Shown here: positions 48,825 through 63,710 of the stretch, one piece after another
How positions within the stretch are numbered: position 1 is the stretch's first letter
How the letters are laid out: each line of letters opens with the position of its first letter
Origin: Octopus vulgaris
Lineage: Eukaryota
Length of the DNA stretch: 64,000 bases
Direction: 5' to 3'
Assembly (NCBI GenBank): GCA_951406725.2
Contig: OX597817.1
Location: forward strand, 50,096,001-50,160,000
Program-made: the position numbers and the translations under genes
The notes under the pieces: generated by a model
The model's input: only the letters and a program-made list of their open reading frames with translations
Databases searched by the model: none
Told to the model about the DNA's origin: nothing

Positions 48825-50269
48825 TCTATTATTTAAATCAAAACTAAAATTATTTTAATTTAGTTTTTTTCACTTAAGAAAGAAAGTTATTATAATTATT
48901 TTTATTTCATTTATTTACCAGAAGCGCGCAAGCATTTGTACAAACTTGTTGGAAAACAGTTTCAAGTAGTCGTAGAAAACAGTTAAAATTGTTAGAAACA
49001 GGTTTTACAGAAAGTCGGTTTCAATGATTTTGCTTTAAGTGATTCGTTTCTAAAATTATCCCAGATGGCAACCGACAAAGCTTTTGCCACTTTTCAAGAT
49101 GAGGTACATTGATTTAAATTAAAATACAGGTAAATATTCGGTACAATATTTCATTCTTTCTGTAAATATTTCGTACCTCGGTGTGGAATAATTTTCGTCC
49201 ACAGTCTTTTTCGAGTGCACTCAACGTATCTGAGATCCAAACCCGCCGCAAGCCACTTTTTTCCGGGAAAGAAAGATGGGAGGAGTGGTGGAAACCGCGA
49301 CGTTTCTCACCAAGGGGGTTTTGTTTCGCGGGTCTTTTTTTTCCAAGTTATTTTGCATGCTTTTAATGAATGTAACATCGAAATCACGCGTAAACGGCTA
49401 CTTTTTCCAGAAAAGGAAAGACTTGGCTGCTGTTTCTAGCATGTCTTGCTACCACGTAACAGCTATTTGCGTTCACACCGAAATATTTACCAACGTTTTT
49501 TCTTCCATTTATTTTTTCCACTTTATGAAAGTCAATATTTTCTGTTGACATCCACCTCAGTTAATTTTGCGTTTCTCCCAGGTCTATGCTTTCTGGAAGA
49601 AAAGCCCTCACATTATCTAAAAGCTACGAGAATTCACTAACGTAATTTGTATATTTTTGTCGAAGATTTCTTAGAGGAATTAGATACCACGGGTTTTGAC
49701 CGGGTTAAATACTAATCGGTTAACAAGTGCCCAAATCATTTTTTTAGTTTTTTTTTTTTTTTTGCTTTAGGGTTTAAAAATGCTGATTTTATAGTTTTAA
49801 ATTTTAAAAGGCCTAAAAACGTTGATTTCATAGTTTTGGTCCGTTTTAGTGTTTTAAAAGCTTTTATAGCCAGAGAAGAGTAAAAGTAACTTAAATGAAA
49901 CACAATGTGAATATTTAACTAAAAGAAGTTTATTGATAAAGCGGCCGAAAAAATATAATTAAAAAAAGAAAAGCACGATGTATACATAATTCTCTCCATG
50001 ACACAGCGGGGTCACAGATGAAGTGAAAACACATCAATCACTGTCCCCTCTTGACAGGACAAAGAAATTTCCCGCTGTCTTCGCAAGCAACAAGCAGGTG
50101 GATTTTGTTTCAAATCCAGACAGGGCCAAACGAGGTCCTACAAGTTATTTATAAATAAATGGCGTTGTACCGGGGTTGAAAGAATGACGCATACAGTATT
50201 AAATATGCTAAGACAATCTGAAAACAATAGAAACTTTTAAACGTTTACCGGTTTTAATGAAATTTTGGG

Positions 50270-50422
50270 GTTAACGGATTCGAGTTAACGGAAGCTAAAT
50301 GTAAGGGAAGCTAATTAGTCCGATAATGATTTTCAAAGTTAACTTAAAAGTTGAATCGTTAACGAAAACGTTAACTTCTGTTATTAACGATTAACGGATT
50401 GACAGACTAATGCTCAGCTCTG
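50270..50422. mobile_element. Probable DNA-transposon terminus with GTTAAC-rich subterminal repeats
   Basis: Ends ...AATGCTCAGCTCTG with repeated GTTAACG motifs; partner end not identified. Confidence 0.4.
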
Positions 50423-50539
<117 letters not shown>

Positions 50540-50804
50540 ATGTATGTACATATATATATATAAAATTATATATATATGTTTGTGTGTGTGTATGTACATA
50601 TATATATTTATATACATCCATACATATATATATGCGTGTGTGTGTGTGTGTGTGTGTGTAGTAGTAGTAGTAGTAGTAGTAGTAGCAGCAGCAGGTTGCA
50701 AAGGAACACACGAGTTCATATATATATAAGGAAAGTAAATGAAGGTAGAAAATGGTAAGATTATTTTAACATTTTCTACCTTGTCTTATTTTTCCTTATA
50801 TATA

Positions 50805-52047
50805 CAGGGGTCGGACAAAAATAATTGGAACACATGTTAAATTCAATGAATATTTAATATGGAGTTGGTCCTCCTTTAGCTTTCTGAACGGCTTCGATGC
50901 GACCAGGAATTGATTCATACAGCTTCCTGACTTCATTGAAAGTAATCTTGAGCCATTCTTCCTGCAAAACATGCCCCAGCTGTTGCAGACACGACGGTAG
51001 AGGATAACAACTTCTAACTTGTCGCTCCAAGATGTACCACAAATGCTCAATAATATTAAGATCTGGAGATAGAGTGGGGCCACTCCATGTGTTGTAGCTC
51101 ACTACTACGCTTTTCATACTAATTCTTAACCACATGAGAGGTGTGTATTGGAGCATTGACATCTTGGAAGCTGCACTCACCATCAGTGAATAATATCAGA
51201 ACCATGGAAAGGATTTAATTTCCCCAAATATTCAGATAATCATTACTGCTCATCCTACCATGCAGGACAACGATTGGACCAAGAAAATTCCAAGAACTGG
51301 CTACACAAACCATCACAGACCCTTTTCCATGCTTCACGGCAGGAAGAAGGCAGTCAGAATTAAAAGCTTCCTCGGGCTGTCTCCACATATAAACTCACAC
51401 AGCAGTAGGGAAAAAAAGAAAAACTGGACTCGTCGGAGCCCTTGTGATCTCTACACCTTGTGATTTCTACGCCTTTTCTGAATGCTTTGATGAGAAAGCA
51501 GAGGTTTCCAGATAGCGGTTCTGCCATGATATCCAGTTTTATTGAGTTCATGGCGAACAGTTTTGTTCGAAACTGGGTTAGTCAAATGTTGATTCAACTC
51601 TGTAGTTACTTTAGGGGTAGTTGCCTGGTGATTTTTCATCACGATACGATTCAACTCTCGTCGGTCTCTTTCAGTGAGCTTCGAAGTCCTGCCGGACTTA
51701 CTCCTCGTGCTAGAGGTTTTGCCCTGCTTCTCAAATTCTGTCATAGTCCTTGATATGGTATCTCTCGAAAAACCAAGGTGTTCAACTGTTCTGGTGACGG
51801 AAGCTCCTGCTATTCGACCCTCAACAATTTGCCCTTTTTCGAACTCGGTGAGGTCACGCATCTTTGCTTAACTTATACTACGATTTGAAAAAGAGATAGA
51901 AATGATCATTAAATTAGATAAATAAAACCATCTGTAATACAAAAAAGCACTCACAATGAAATTTCGATGAATATTCGTTATATAATGGTTCATTGAAATA
52001 TTGGAGTTAAATTTCTACTGTTCCAATTATCTCGTCCAACCCCCGTG
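50805..52047 (-). mobile_element. Tc1-like transposon, decayed (different family from 38678)
   Basis: TIR CAGGGGTCGGACAAAAATAATTGGAACA; DLTEFEKGQIV, SDESSF, SPDLNIIEHLW, KGGPTPY. Confidence 0.9.
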
Positions 52048-52102
<55 letters not shown>

Positions 52103-52134
52103 ACATATAAATATATATACACATACATATATAC

Positions 52135-52179
<45 letters not shown>

Positions 52180-52232
52180 CATATACATATATATACATAT
52201 AAATATATATACACATGCATATATACATATAC

Positions 52233-52263
<31 letters not shown>

Positions 52264-52342
52264 CACATACATATATATATATATGCATATACATATATAT
52301 ACATACACACACACACATATATATATACATATACACACACAC

Positions 52343-52390
<48 letters not shown>

Positions 52391-52548
52391 CAGGAAATAC
52401 ATGCTGCCACAATACTTAAAGAATTGTAAACCAGAACATGAACCATTTAGAATTACAAAAGGTTCGTGTCATTCTGTTTCTCAAAAAAAAGGTATTTTAA
52501 ATCGTTTTTAAGAAAATCTTTCTTTAACTATATGCATATACATATGTG

Positions 52549-52613
<65 letters not shown>

Positions 52614-52628
52614 TGGCTAGCTGGCTGG

Positions 52629-52715
<87 letters not shown>

Positions 52716-52815
52716 TAGATGGATAGATAGATATGTATATATATATATGTGTATGTATATAAGTGTGTATGTGTGTGTTTGTGTGTGTATGTGAGAGGGA
52801 GAGAGAGAGAAAGAG
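52048..52815. repeat. Long (TA)n/(CA)n/(CT)n microsatellite complex
   Basis: Directly visible. Confidence 0.9.
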
Positions 52816-53180
52816 GGAGTCTGAGATTGCATGGTGCAGTGCTAAGCGTGATGCATTCACGATTGCGAGATCGTGGTATCAATTCCTGGACTGGGTGGTG
52901 AGTAGTGTTCTTGAGCAAAACACTACATCTCACGTTCCTCTATCATCATTTCAATACCTGCAGTCTCGTACACCGTACGCCTCCTCAGGCAACGTCGATT
53001 TAATGGAGGGAGTGTTCTAGTGTACAACACATACATTGGATTACTATAAACAAATCATTGGCGCAGGTATGTCAGCGCCTCTGGCATTCATGGATTACCG
53101 CTTGTCTGCATCTGACGTTATATTGATCAATGTTACTTCAATACTTTTGACAGTACAGACGATAATTTCGATAAAAAATA

Positions 53181-53590
53181 TAGGCGTAGGAGTGGCTGTG
53201 TGGTAAGTAGTTTGCTTACCAACCACATGGTTCTGGGTTCAGTCCCACTGTGTGGTATCCTTGGGGCAAGTGTCTTCTACTATAGCCTTGGGCCGACCAA
53301 AGCCTTGTGAGTGGATTTGGTAGACGGAAACTGAAAGAGGTCCGTCGTATATATGTATATATATTTATGTGTGTGTGTACGTGTTTGTGTGTCTGTGTTT
53401 GTCCACCCAACATCGCTTGACAACCGATGCTGGTGTGTTTACGCCCCCGTAACTTATCGGTTCGGCAAAAGAGACCGATAGAATAAGTACTAGGCTTACA
53501 AAGAATAAGTCCTGGGGTCGATTTGTTGGACTAAAAGCGGTGCTCCAGCATGGCCGCAGTCAAATGACTGAAACAAGTAAAAGAGTAAAA
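53181..53590 (+). mobile_element. SINE S1
   Basis: Full-length match. Confidence 0.9.
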
Positions 53591-54070
53591 AAGCATAATA
53601 ACACGTCTGGCACCAGACAAACTCTTTGCACTTGAGTTGCCACATTTTCCTTTGATGTTATTGTGAGTAATAAACGAAATGGAATAAGCAGCAAAAAAAT
53701 GGTGACTTTCACAGACAATAACAGCGAGTTATTTTTCACGCAAAATTAAATCCGAACAGTATCTTTAAAAAAATTTTATTCTTCAGAACATATCTTAGAC
53801 AACGTCTGGGAACTTGTTTTGCAAACCTAGCGATGTATATATTATTTGTATTTTTAACAATGTCACGTTTTCTTTTATTCAGTTCTGTATCTTCATTATT
53901 TTAACGTTACAACTGAATATACTTATAAACTAGTATCATTGTCATCTAATATTAGTTGATTGAATTCATTTTTTTTTCTGTTGTATGACATAGAAACTTC
54001 TTAATTAGACTTTTATATGCACTTATATTTTGCATGATTTCCTTAGTTTACGATTTGATTAAATCCTGCA

Positions 54071-54566
54071 TAGGCGCAGGAGTGGCTGTGTGGTAAGTGG
54101 CTTGCTTACCAACCACATGGTTCTGGGTTCAGTCCCATTGCGTGGCACCTTAGGCAAGTGTCTTCTACTATAGCCTCGGGCCGACCAAAGCCTTGCGAGT
54201 GGATTTGGTAAACTACCAGCCACATGGTTCTAGGTTCAGTTCCACTGCGTGGCACCTTGGGCAAGTTCTACTATAGCCTCAGGCCGACCAAAGCCTTGTG
54301 AGTGGATTTGGTAGACAGAAACTGAAAGAAGCCCGTCGTTTATATGTATATATTTATGTATGTATGTGTGTGTGTATGTGTGTTTGTGCTTGTCCGCCCC
54401 CACCACCACCATCACCAACATCACTTAGCGGTTCGGCAAAAGAGACCGATAGAATAAGTACTAGACTTACAAAGAGTAAGTCCTGGGGTCGATTTGCTCG
54501 ACTAAAAGCAGTGCTCCAGCACGGCCGGAGTCAAATGACTGAAACAAGTAAAAGAATAAAAGAGTA
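54071..54566 (+). mobile_element. SINE S1 with duplicated 5' region
   Basis: Segment ~54108-54212 is repeated at ~54215-54312. Confidence 0.85.
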
Positions 54567-55354
54567 ATGGGAAAATTAGATACGAAAACAAAATACTTCA
54601 TGTTGTTTAGTTTGTATAATTAAAGTATAATTATGTTTAAACATATAAAATACTTGCTCATACAATTATGGCCCATTGTTCAATGTCGTAGTTAAGTTTT
54701 TTAATCTGAATTTTTAATTTCAAATCTTTTGTTAAGGGTGTTATCCGTTGCTTCTTGGTTTGTAGGTAGCATCTTCAGCTTACTGAGAGTAACTTAAACA
54801 AGTCATGCAGTACTCTTTTACTTGTTTCAGTCATGTGACTGCGGCCAGTTGGTTTCAACAGCGTTTTAGAGAGCCAGATCACATCGTTTACCCTTAATAG
54901 AAATCCCAGCTGGTCGCAGCGTTACTCATTAACAGCTGACTAGTCTGGAGTGATGTGAAATGAAGTGTGTTGCTCACGAAGGCAACACACCACCTGTTCC
55001 AGGAATCGAAATCACGGTCATACGGTCGTGAGTGCAGCACCCTAAATATTGGGTCACGAAATTCCAGGGAATCCAAACACTAACCTCGAAGTCAGAACAC
55101 CAGGAATTTACCTCTTAATTTAGTGGAGGACTCCCTCCACATTAATACACATAAACTTTCTTACAAACTCTCCTTCTTCCCTCCAAATACTTCAAATGTG
55201 GAATATGTAATATGTTCCGATTATTCCAGTCTGCCAAGGTAAACGGTACTAGGAAGGTCTTTTGCGTAGGCTTTATATTCTACAGAGCTAAGTCCTATTC
55301 TAATCAAACTTTTCGGTGTTAAATTTAATCAAATATTCAGAACCTCAGAGCATG

Positions 55355-55410
55355 CCAAGAATGCCAACATACTTCCAAGAATGCCAACATACTTCCAAGA
55401 ATGCCAACAT
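55355..55410. repeat. 20-bp tandem repeat x ~2.8
   Basis: CCAAGAATGCCAACATACTT repeated. Confidence 0.9.
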
Positions 55411-55869
55411 TAACGATACATCTAATTTCCGACATATCGCTTTAGCTTGTAACAAATTAAAAGATGACAGCGACATCTGTAAAAGAAATAAAGATCTCCT
55501 TCATTAGCTTAAGTCTCTCTGTATTCTCAATGACAACTGGCATGCTTTTCATAGTAACAGATATATCGAAGACTCTCTTTCCTATATTACACTCCAGTTG
55601 CCTCTTTCTCTAAATAAACATTGCTTTAATTGGCGACAGAAACTTCAAATATATCTGATAATAAGAATCATTACAATAGGCGCTGAGGAATCTACCTCTG
55701 ATCTATATTCTATAAGTAGCGGAGTAAGTGTCAACTTACTTTAAGATCTAATGTACCCTAAAGTTCGAATATGATTTCGACATTCTATTTTCAGAAACTT
55801 AATTGCTCACTGTTATTTCTGACGACAAACACTCTTACACTGATTACAACTAACTTCTACTCGTTAATA

Positions 55870-56646
55870 TTTCTTTTCTACTCTAGGCACAAGGCCCGAT
55901 ATTTTTGGGGAGGGGGCAGTCGATTAGATCGACCCCAGTACGCAACTGGTATTTAGTTTATCGACCCCGAAAGGATGAAAGGCAAAGTCGACTTCAGCGG
56001 AATTTGCACTCAGAACGTAGCGGCAGACGAAATACCGCTAAGCATTTCGCCCGGCGTGCTAAAGTTTTTGCCAGCTCGCCACCTTTAAAATTTTGGAGGA
56101 AAGCAGCCAATCGATTACATCGACTCCAGTACGTAACTGGTACTTAATTTATCGACCCTGAAAGAATGAAAGGTAAAGTGGACTTCGGCGGAATTTGAAA
56201 TCAGAACGTAAAGACGGACGAAATACGTATTTCTTTACTACCCACAAGGGGCTAAACACAGAGAAGACAAACAAGGACAGAAGAACGGATTAAGTCGATT
56301 ATATCGACCACAGTGCGTAAACTGGTACTTATTTCATCGACCCCGAAAGGATGAAAGGCAAAGTCAACCTCGGTGGAATTTGAACTCAGAACGTAGCTGC
56401 AGACGAAATACCTATTTCTTTACTACCCACAAGGGGCTAAACACAGAGAGGACAATCAAGGACAGACAAAGGGATTAAGCCGATTATATCTACCCCAGTA
56501 CGTAACTGGTACTTACTTAATCGATCCCGATAGGATGAAAAGCAAAGTCGACCTCGGCGGAGTTTGAACTCAGAAAATAACGGCAGACGAAATACGGCTA
56601 CGCATTTCGCCCGGCGTGCTAACGTTTCTGCCAGCTCGTCGCCTTT
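55870..56646 (-). mobile_element. S2-head SINE cluster (4 units, mixed tails)
   Basis: Flanking repeat TACTCGTTAATA at ~55858 and ~56647. Confidence 0.85.
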
Positions 56647-57349
56647 ACTCGTTAATACTCGACACACAAATGTTGTCTGCATGCTGATTAAATAACAAAT
56701 GTGCGCTCTAGCTTTAATAGTGTAGTGCTGATCAGTTGCTGACCTCTTCTATTGTCATGGGTGACACTTCATAGGAAGACTTTTACATGTGTTGAGTTAT
56801 GCAACTGCTACTGTTTCAAATACAGTAAAACACTTCAAAAAATAATATTCAGGAAATCTGCTTCTCCTACACTTTTTGATGACATCTTTCCTCCTTAAAA
56901 CTAGCAAACTACCTACCATTTCTTGCATCCCTGTTTACCTTCCTCTTCATCTCTATTTTGTGTTGTCTGTTCCATAACCCACATTAAACGTTTCATTCAA
57001 GCATTATTATTCAGGCATGCAACCCTTTGAAAACGCTTCCCAGTCCACATCTTTTAGAACATAAGTTACTGCGATTAATAATTAGAAAACTAACTTCAAA
57101 ATGCTCAACTCACCTAAGCATAGTTGCAAAGGGGAAAAGCTATCAGCCATAAAAATAAAAAACCAAAAAGAAAACCGAAGAACTGTGAAGTAATAATGGA
57201 ATCTCTCGCAGTAAAGTTAGGTATCTCACCGCTAAAAAGAGTGCACATGAAATGAAGTCTTAACAATAAACATTACAAGATGACTATAACAATAACAAAG
57301 ACTCACTTTTAGTTGGAATAATGACTGTAGCGACAGCAGACATCGGTTT

Positions 57350-57636
57350 CCTTCTCGAGCCACGCTTGGCTCATAAGGGCCGGTTTCCCGGTTTCCTTGG
57401 CGTATAGGTTCCCCACTTCAACGAGACGCCGGTCCGTCGCAGGTGAGCTGCAAGATGCAAGAGTGAGAGAAAGTTGTGGCGAAAGAGTCAGCAGAAGTTC
57501 GCCATTACTTTCTGCCGGAGCCGCGTGGAGCTTAGGTGTTTCGCTCATAAACACACACATCACTCGGTCTGAGATTCGAAACTGCGACCTCTCGACTGCG
57601 AGTCCACTGCTCTAACCACTAGGCCATGTGCCTCCA
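57350..57636 (-). mobile_element. SINE S3-related
   Basis: 13-bp TSD CAGACATCGGTTT (57337, 57637). Confidence 0.85.
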
Positions 57637-57669
57637 CAGACATCGGTTTGATATTAAGCAATTTATGAA

Positions 57670-57900
57670 GACGGCGAGCTGGCAGAATCGTTAGCACGCC
57701 GGGCGAAATTCTTAGCGGTATTTCATCCACCGTTACGTTCTGAGTTCAAATTCCGCCGAGGTCGACTTTGCCTTTCATCCTTTCGGGGTCGATTAAATAA
57801 GTACCAGTTACGCACTGGGGTCGATATAATCGCCTTAATCCCTTTGTCTGTCCTTGTGTGTTCTCTCTGTGTTTGGCCCCTTGTGCGTAGTAAAGAAATA
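57670..57900 (+). mobile_element. SINE S2 monomer
   Basis: 20-bp TSD GATATTAAGCAATTTATGAA. Confidence 0.92.
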
Positions 57901-58448
57901 GATATTAAGCAATTTATGAATCTAACAGTATAGCCAATTATTTAAATTTCTATTAACGGTTTCCAAAATATATGCATTCACCGTTACTAATATCACAGTT
58001 GCACTAATTTCTCCTCTTTAATTCCCCTTCTATATATGAATATTGAAATTCTTTACAGCAATATAAGCTAACTAATCAGTCGATAAATTATTCAGTTGGA
58101 ATTATTAATTGCACATACGGTGCCTATATATATCTAGGAGAAAACAGCCAATGATAACTCAGAAACTTGGCTAAGTATACATAATTATATATAGATTGAA
58201 CAATGTAGAAGCTATGATACGTTATATAAATGTACAATTTGATTACTGATGTAATTTGGATTTATATAACAATAATGTAGATCAGTTTCCATGGCGTATA
58301 AGTGACCGAGATTCCAATATTCTCCAGGAACGACAAGCTAATCCATTGCAGGATGACTCATTACAATGTGAGTGGACTGAAATACCGTGAAATGGAGTAT
58401 TTCGCTCCAGAACACAATGCACCACCCGGTTCGGTAATCGAACCCACG

Positions 58449-58675
58449 GCGAACTGGCAGAATCGTTAGCACGCCGGGCGAAATGCTTAGCGTTATTTCG
58501 CCTGCCGCTACGTTCTGAGTTCAAATTCCGCTGAGGTCGACTTTGCCTTTCATCCTTTCGGGGTGGATTAAATAAGTACCAGTTACGCACTGGGGTCGAT
58601 ATAAACGCCTTAATGCGTTTGTCTGTCCTTGTTTGTCGGCTCTGTGTTTAGCCCCTTGTGGGTAGTAAAGAAATA
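58449..58675 (+). mobile_element. SINE S2 monomer inside an older S4-like SINE
   Basis: 16-bp TSD GGTAATCGAACCCACG. Confidence 0.92.
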
Positions 58676-58842
58676 GGTAATCGAACCCACGAGCTAGCTA
58701 CCCGGCCACGTACCTTCACTAAGAAAAGCATGGAAGTCACAAATTTTCACTTTCATATTAATGTAAATAAGGAGCCATTCTGCTGAGTCGAAATATAATT
58801 AAACATTTTTTTAAATGGCATTCCATCGGTTATGAAGACAAA

Positions 58843-59072
58843 GGCGGTGGGCTGGCAGAAACGTTAGCACGCCGGGCGAAATGCGTAGCCGTATTTCGTC
58901 TTCTGCTACGTTCTGAGTTCAAATTCCGCCGAGGTCGACTTTGCCTTTCATCCTTTCGCGGTCGATAAATTAAGTACCTGTTACGCACTGGAGTCGATAT
59001 AATTGACTTAATCCGTTTGTCTGTCCTTGTTTGTCCCTCTGTGTTTAGCCCCTTGTGGGTAGTAAAGAAATA
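58843..59072 (+). mobile_element. SINE S2 monomer
   Basis: 15-bp TSD GGTTATGAAGACAAA. Confidence 0.92.
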
Positions 59073-59087
59073 GGTTATGAAGACAAA

Positions 59088-59370
59088 TGTTCCGGTCGAC
59101 CCGATTAATGGAACAGCCTACTCGGGAAATTAACACCCAAGTGGCTGAGCGCTCTACAGACACGTGTACCCCTAGCGTAGTTCTCAGAGGGATTCGGCGT
59201 AACACAGAATGTGACAAGGACATCCCTTCGTAATACAGATACAACTCACTTTTGCCTGCTGAGTCGACAGGAGCAACGTGAAATAAAGTCTTTTGCTCAA
59301 AGACACAATGCGCCGCTGGAAATAGAACTCCTGATCGTGTGCCGATTACCCAAACCGCTAAGTCATGCTT
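59088..59370 (-). mobile_element. SINE S4
   Basis: Match to 990-1280. Confidence 0.75.
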
Positions 59371-59379
59371 CTTCATCTT

Positions 59380-59690
59380 TCGCTCTTTTAAAGCCTAGCC
59401 AGGCTCATGAGCCCGGCTTCCCGGTTTCTGTGGCGTATGTGTCCCTCTGCCCCCAGCTGGACGGGACGCCAGTCCATCGCAGCGTTACTCAAGAAACAGG
59501 AAGAGAGAGTGAGGGAAAGTTTTGGCGAAAGAGTACAACAGGAGTCGCCACCACCCCGTGCCAGAGCCTCGTGGGGCTTTTAGGTGTTTTTTGCTCAATA
59601 AACACACACAATGCCCGGTCTGGGAATCGAAACCGCGATCCTCAGACCGCGAGTCCGCTGCCCTAACCACTGCACATTGCGCCTTCACCA
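59380..59690 (-). mobile_element. SINE S3
   Basis: Reverse complement of 5775-6090. Confidence 0.85.
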
Positions 59691-60410
59691 AAATTATATT
59701 ATATAGTATTTTCAATAAATGCTTGCCGAAGCACAATTCCATAAATGTTTCCAGTATTCAAGGAGAAACGTAATTTCATTTCCTAGTTACATCCATTTCA
59801 CTCCAACAAATGTTGCAAACTAGACAGACGCTTTTGCCAAGCTTCCTGGTAAATAAATCTCACATATCACTTCAACTATTCCGCTAACTTACTTCATAAA
59901 TACATTCTCACCTCATCTCCTTAAGTCAGAGATTAAATTCTCATGTAATAATTTTTTTTTTCTAAATCTCTGAAAGAAACATATTCAGTAACAGTTCCAT
60001 TGTCCCTTTCAGGACAGCTACATTACGTTGTCAAATAACATTTACTTAAATAATGTTTTTATTGTAATTTAATATTCCATTACATTCCCAGAATGCAATC
60101 ATTTCAAACGATGATATGATGGTACAGTATTTATATTTCGTTTCTTTTATCCCTTACGTTTTTCACGGTATATCAGAAACACTCATGTATATCAATAATC
60201 GCACATTTCAAAGTCAGTTTCGGATTTAGATAAATGTGTATTTCATAGACGCAGACGTGGGTGTTTTGGTTTAGAAGCTTGCTTCCCAATCGTGTGGCTT
60301 TGGGTTCAGTTCACTAAGAAAACTAGATTCGTTGATACATCTGAGAAATTTTGTGTTGGAAATTTGTACTGAAAATTTATGTCTGAATTTTATACTGAAA
60401 ATTTTATGTC

Positions 60411-60888
60411 ATAGGCGCAGGAGTGACTGTGTGGTAAGTAGCTTGCTTACCAACCACATGCTTCCGGGTTCATTCCCACTGCGTGGCACCTTGAGCAAGT
60501 GACTTCTACTATAGCCTCGGGCCGACCAAAGCCTTGTGAGTGGATTTAGTAGACGGAAACTGAAATAACCTATCGTATCGTCCATCAATCGGTGTGCATT
60601 CTAAGCAATGAATAGTTGTATTCAAAACAAAAAGCAATGAATAGTTGTATTCAAAGCAATGATTAGTAACTTACGAAACCGGTATTCTTGAATCTTTTTA
60701 ATAATTTCACAATAATGAATTGTAATGCTGTTATTCCTACCTCAGTTCATCTAATTGTATATATTTTTCGTTACTTTGCATAAAAAGCCTTTACTTTTTT
60801 TTATTTACAATGTGCATTTTCGTCTATTTTTCTTACTTTCCCCTTACATTACCACGTGTAGTTTCTATTTTCTTTTTGTAACATATTT

Positions 60889-60968
<80 letters not shown>

Positions 60969-61190
60969 TGTATGTATATGTTTGTGTCTGTGTTTGTCCC
61001 CGCAACATCGCTTGACAACCGATGCTGGTGTGTTTCCGTCCACGTAACATAATGGTTCGGCAAAAGAGACCGATAGAATAAGTACTAGGCTTACAAAGAA
61101 TAAGTCCTGGGGTCGATTTGCTCGACTAAAGGTGGTGCTCCAGCATGGCCACACCCAAATGACTGAAACAAATAAAAGAATAATAAAAAA
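60411..61190 (+). mobile_element. SINE S1 split by a ~300-bp insert at its microsatellite
   Basis: 5' half 60411-60577, 3' half ~60893-61190. Confidence 0.75.
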
Positions 61191-61194
61191 GAAT

Positions 61195-61513
61195 ATACAT
61201 GTGGCTTAGAGGTTGAGATATTCGGCTCATGATCGTAAGGTCGTGAGTTCAATTCCCGGCGACGCGTTGTGTCCTTGAGCAAGACACTTTATTTTAACGT
61301 TGCTCCAATTCACTCATCTGGCAGAAATGAGTAGTTTCTGTATTTCAAAGCACCAACCTTGTCAAATTCTGTGTCACGCTGATCTCTTGGAGACCTCCGA
61401 TAAGGGTACACGTGTCTGTGGAATGCTCACCCACTTGCACGTTAATATCACGAGCAGGCTGTTCCGTTGATCGTATCAGCTGGGACCCTCGTCATTGTAA
61501 CCGACGGCGTGCT

Positions 61514-61515
<2 letters not shown>
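61195..61515 (+). mobile_element. SINE S4
   Basis: tRNA-like head with GAGTTCAATTCC and GTGTCCTTGAGCAAGACAC. Confidence 0.8.
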
Positions 61516-61567
<52 letters not shown>

Positions 61568-61792
61568 CTAATATGTGTGTGTGTGTGTGTTTAATGTTTA
61601 CAACTAACACAGAAAACATAAATAAATAGTTTCAGGGTAGTAAAATTTCACATAAGTACCAAGGATGTAACAGCCTACTTATAAAGGTAGAAACTCCAGG
61701 TTTAGGTGAAATGTTTTGGGATGGTATAGATAAATAAATAAATGGAATTAAACGCAGATGTTATTCAATAACACCTGTGTTTAACTCAATTT

Positions 61793-61856
<64 letters not shown>

Positions 61857-61974
61857 TATTATCAAAGAGATAAGTTAATATGCTAATTCACGTAGGCTTT
61901 ATTCTGTTCTAGAAAGATCGAATCTAGAAAGTGTTTATTTCAAAATAGTGGCCTACATTTATTGCATTTAAAAT

Positions 61975-62425
61975 ATTGGCTTCGAATTCTGTCCCAAGCC
62001 CAGCAAGTTCTGGAGAGAGAGTAAGTCGATTATATTGACCCCAGTATTCAACTGGTACGTATTTTACTGAGCCCAGAAGGATAAAATGGCAAAGTCGATC
62101 TCGGCCGAATTTGAACTCGGAACGTAAAGACTGACGAATTGCCCTCAAGCTTTTGGTCCGGTTTGCTAACGATGCTGCCAGCTCGCAGCCTTAATTGCTT
62201 GTAAAATATTCGTTTCAAATTCTGGTACAAAGCCAGCAATTTCGGCGCGGTGGGTAAGTCAATAACGTCGACACCAGTGTTCAACTTGTACTTGTTTATC
62301 GATCAAGAATGGGTGAAAAGCAATGTCGACTTCGGCGCAACTTGAACTCAGAACGTAAGGACGGACCAAATGCCGCTAAGCATTTTGCTCGACATGCTAG
62401 CGATTCTGCCAGATCACCGGCTTAA
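61975..62425 (-). mobile_element. Two old S2-head SINEs with the alternative tail
   Basis: Diverged S2 bodies. Confidence 0.7.
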
Positions 62426-63403
62426 TTGAATGTGAAATATCTCAAGTGAGTTTTTAGATGCTCTACCGGTTCTGCTATCTATTACTTACACTGATGAAGC
62501 CTAATACTTGTTGATTCAGGTTCTGTTTTTTTTTTACAAGACTATCTGAGCAAAATTCAATGGAAATGTTGATGCTTGAAATCTTCACCAAATTATGGAC
62601 ATATTCTCAGTATCACTTTGTTCGAGGAGTGGTGCTCTTGATTGCAGTATAGATTTCAATATAGACCTCGACGGTCTACCACGGAACTCGGAAAAAGAAA
62701 CTAAGTATTACGGATTACGGATAGTCAATTACAGCCACGGAAAGACGGGGCGACGGCTAGCAACACGAGGAGAAAATTGAAGTTTATAGGAAGACTTATT
62801 TGGTAATCTTTTTGATATATAGCTTCCGCAACTCGCAGCTGAACAAAGAATCCTCCTATCTGTCAGCTGAAGAGCGGTAACGCAGCTGGAAACTAATGTT
62901 TTATTGAATATCAAATCCAGTTTATCAAAACGTTAAGAATTTAACTTAAATCGAAACAACTTGAAACCTCGGTTTGCACAGTCTTTTACACACAGTTTCT
63001 GTCTATGTGATCGAACTCAAAACAACATGTAAAATGAAGCGAAATTTTTAACCACAGGCTATACCTATAATGACAGCTAATTTTTCATCCCAACATTATC
63101 TATTGTTTTATATTTGAACGGTATTTAGATTCCTTCAATCGATGATCAAACTCTGACATTTATCTTCTTAACCAAAAGTCATTAAAATCCCATCATCTCA
63201 TCATATATATGGGCAATTTATTAATGCCTGTTAAAGTTCAATTTTTCAATGTTGGGAACCATATTGAGATAGCTGTCAGCGATCTCAAGGCAAATCCTGC
63301 TGTTGGTTAATATCAATATAAAGAGAAAAGAACATTTTTTTATCGCAAAAGATGACTCCTTTATATTTAAAATTTCCATATTTCAGTTTGATGGATAAGT
63401 TGA

Positions 63404-63710
<307 letters not shown>

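Larger units (their letters stand above)
55200..57100 (+). mobile_element. Highly decayed L2/CR1-group LINE RT remnant
   Basis: SNFRHIALACN (YRPIAL-like) and scattered downstream RT/C-terminal-like residues; interrupted by SINEs. Confidence 0.5.

Noticed and set aside
55355-55410. CRISPR-like repeat
   Set aside because: Contiguous 20-bp tandem units without spacers in eukaryotic DNA.
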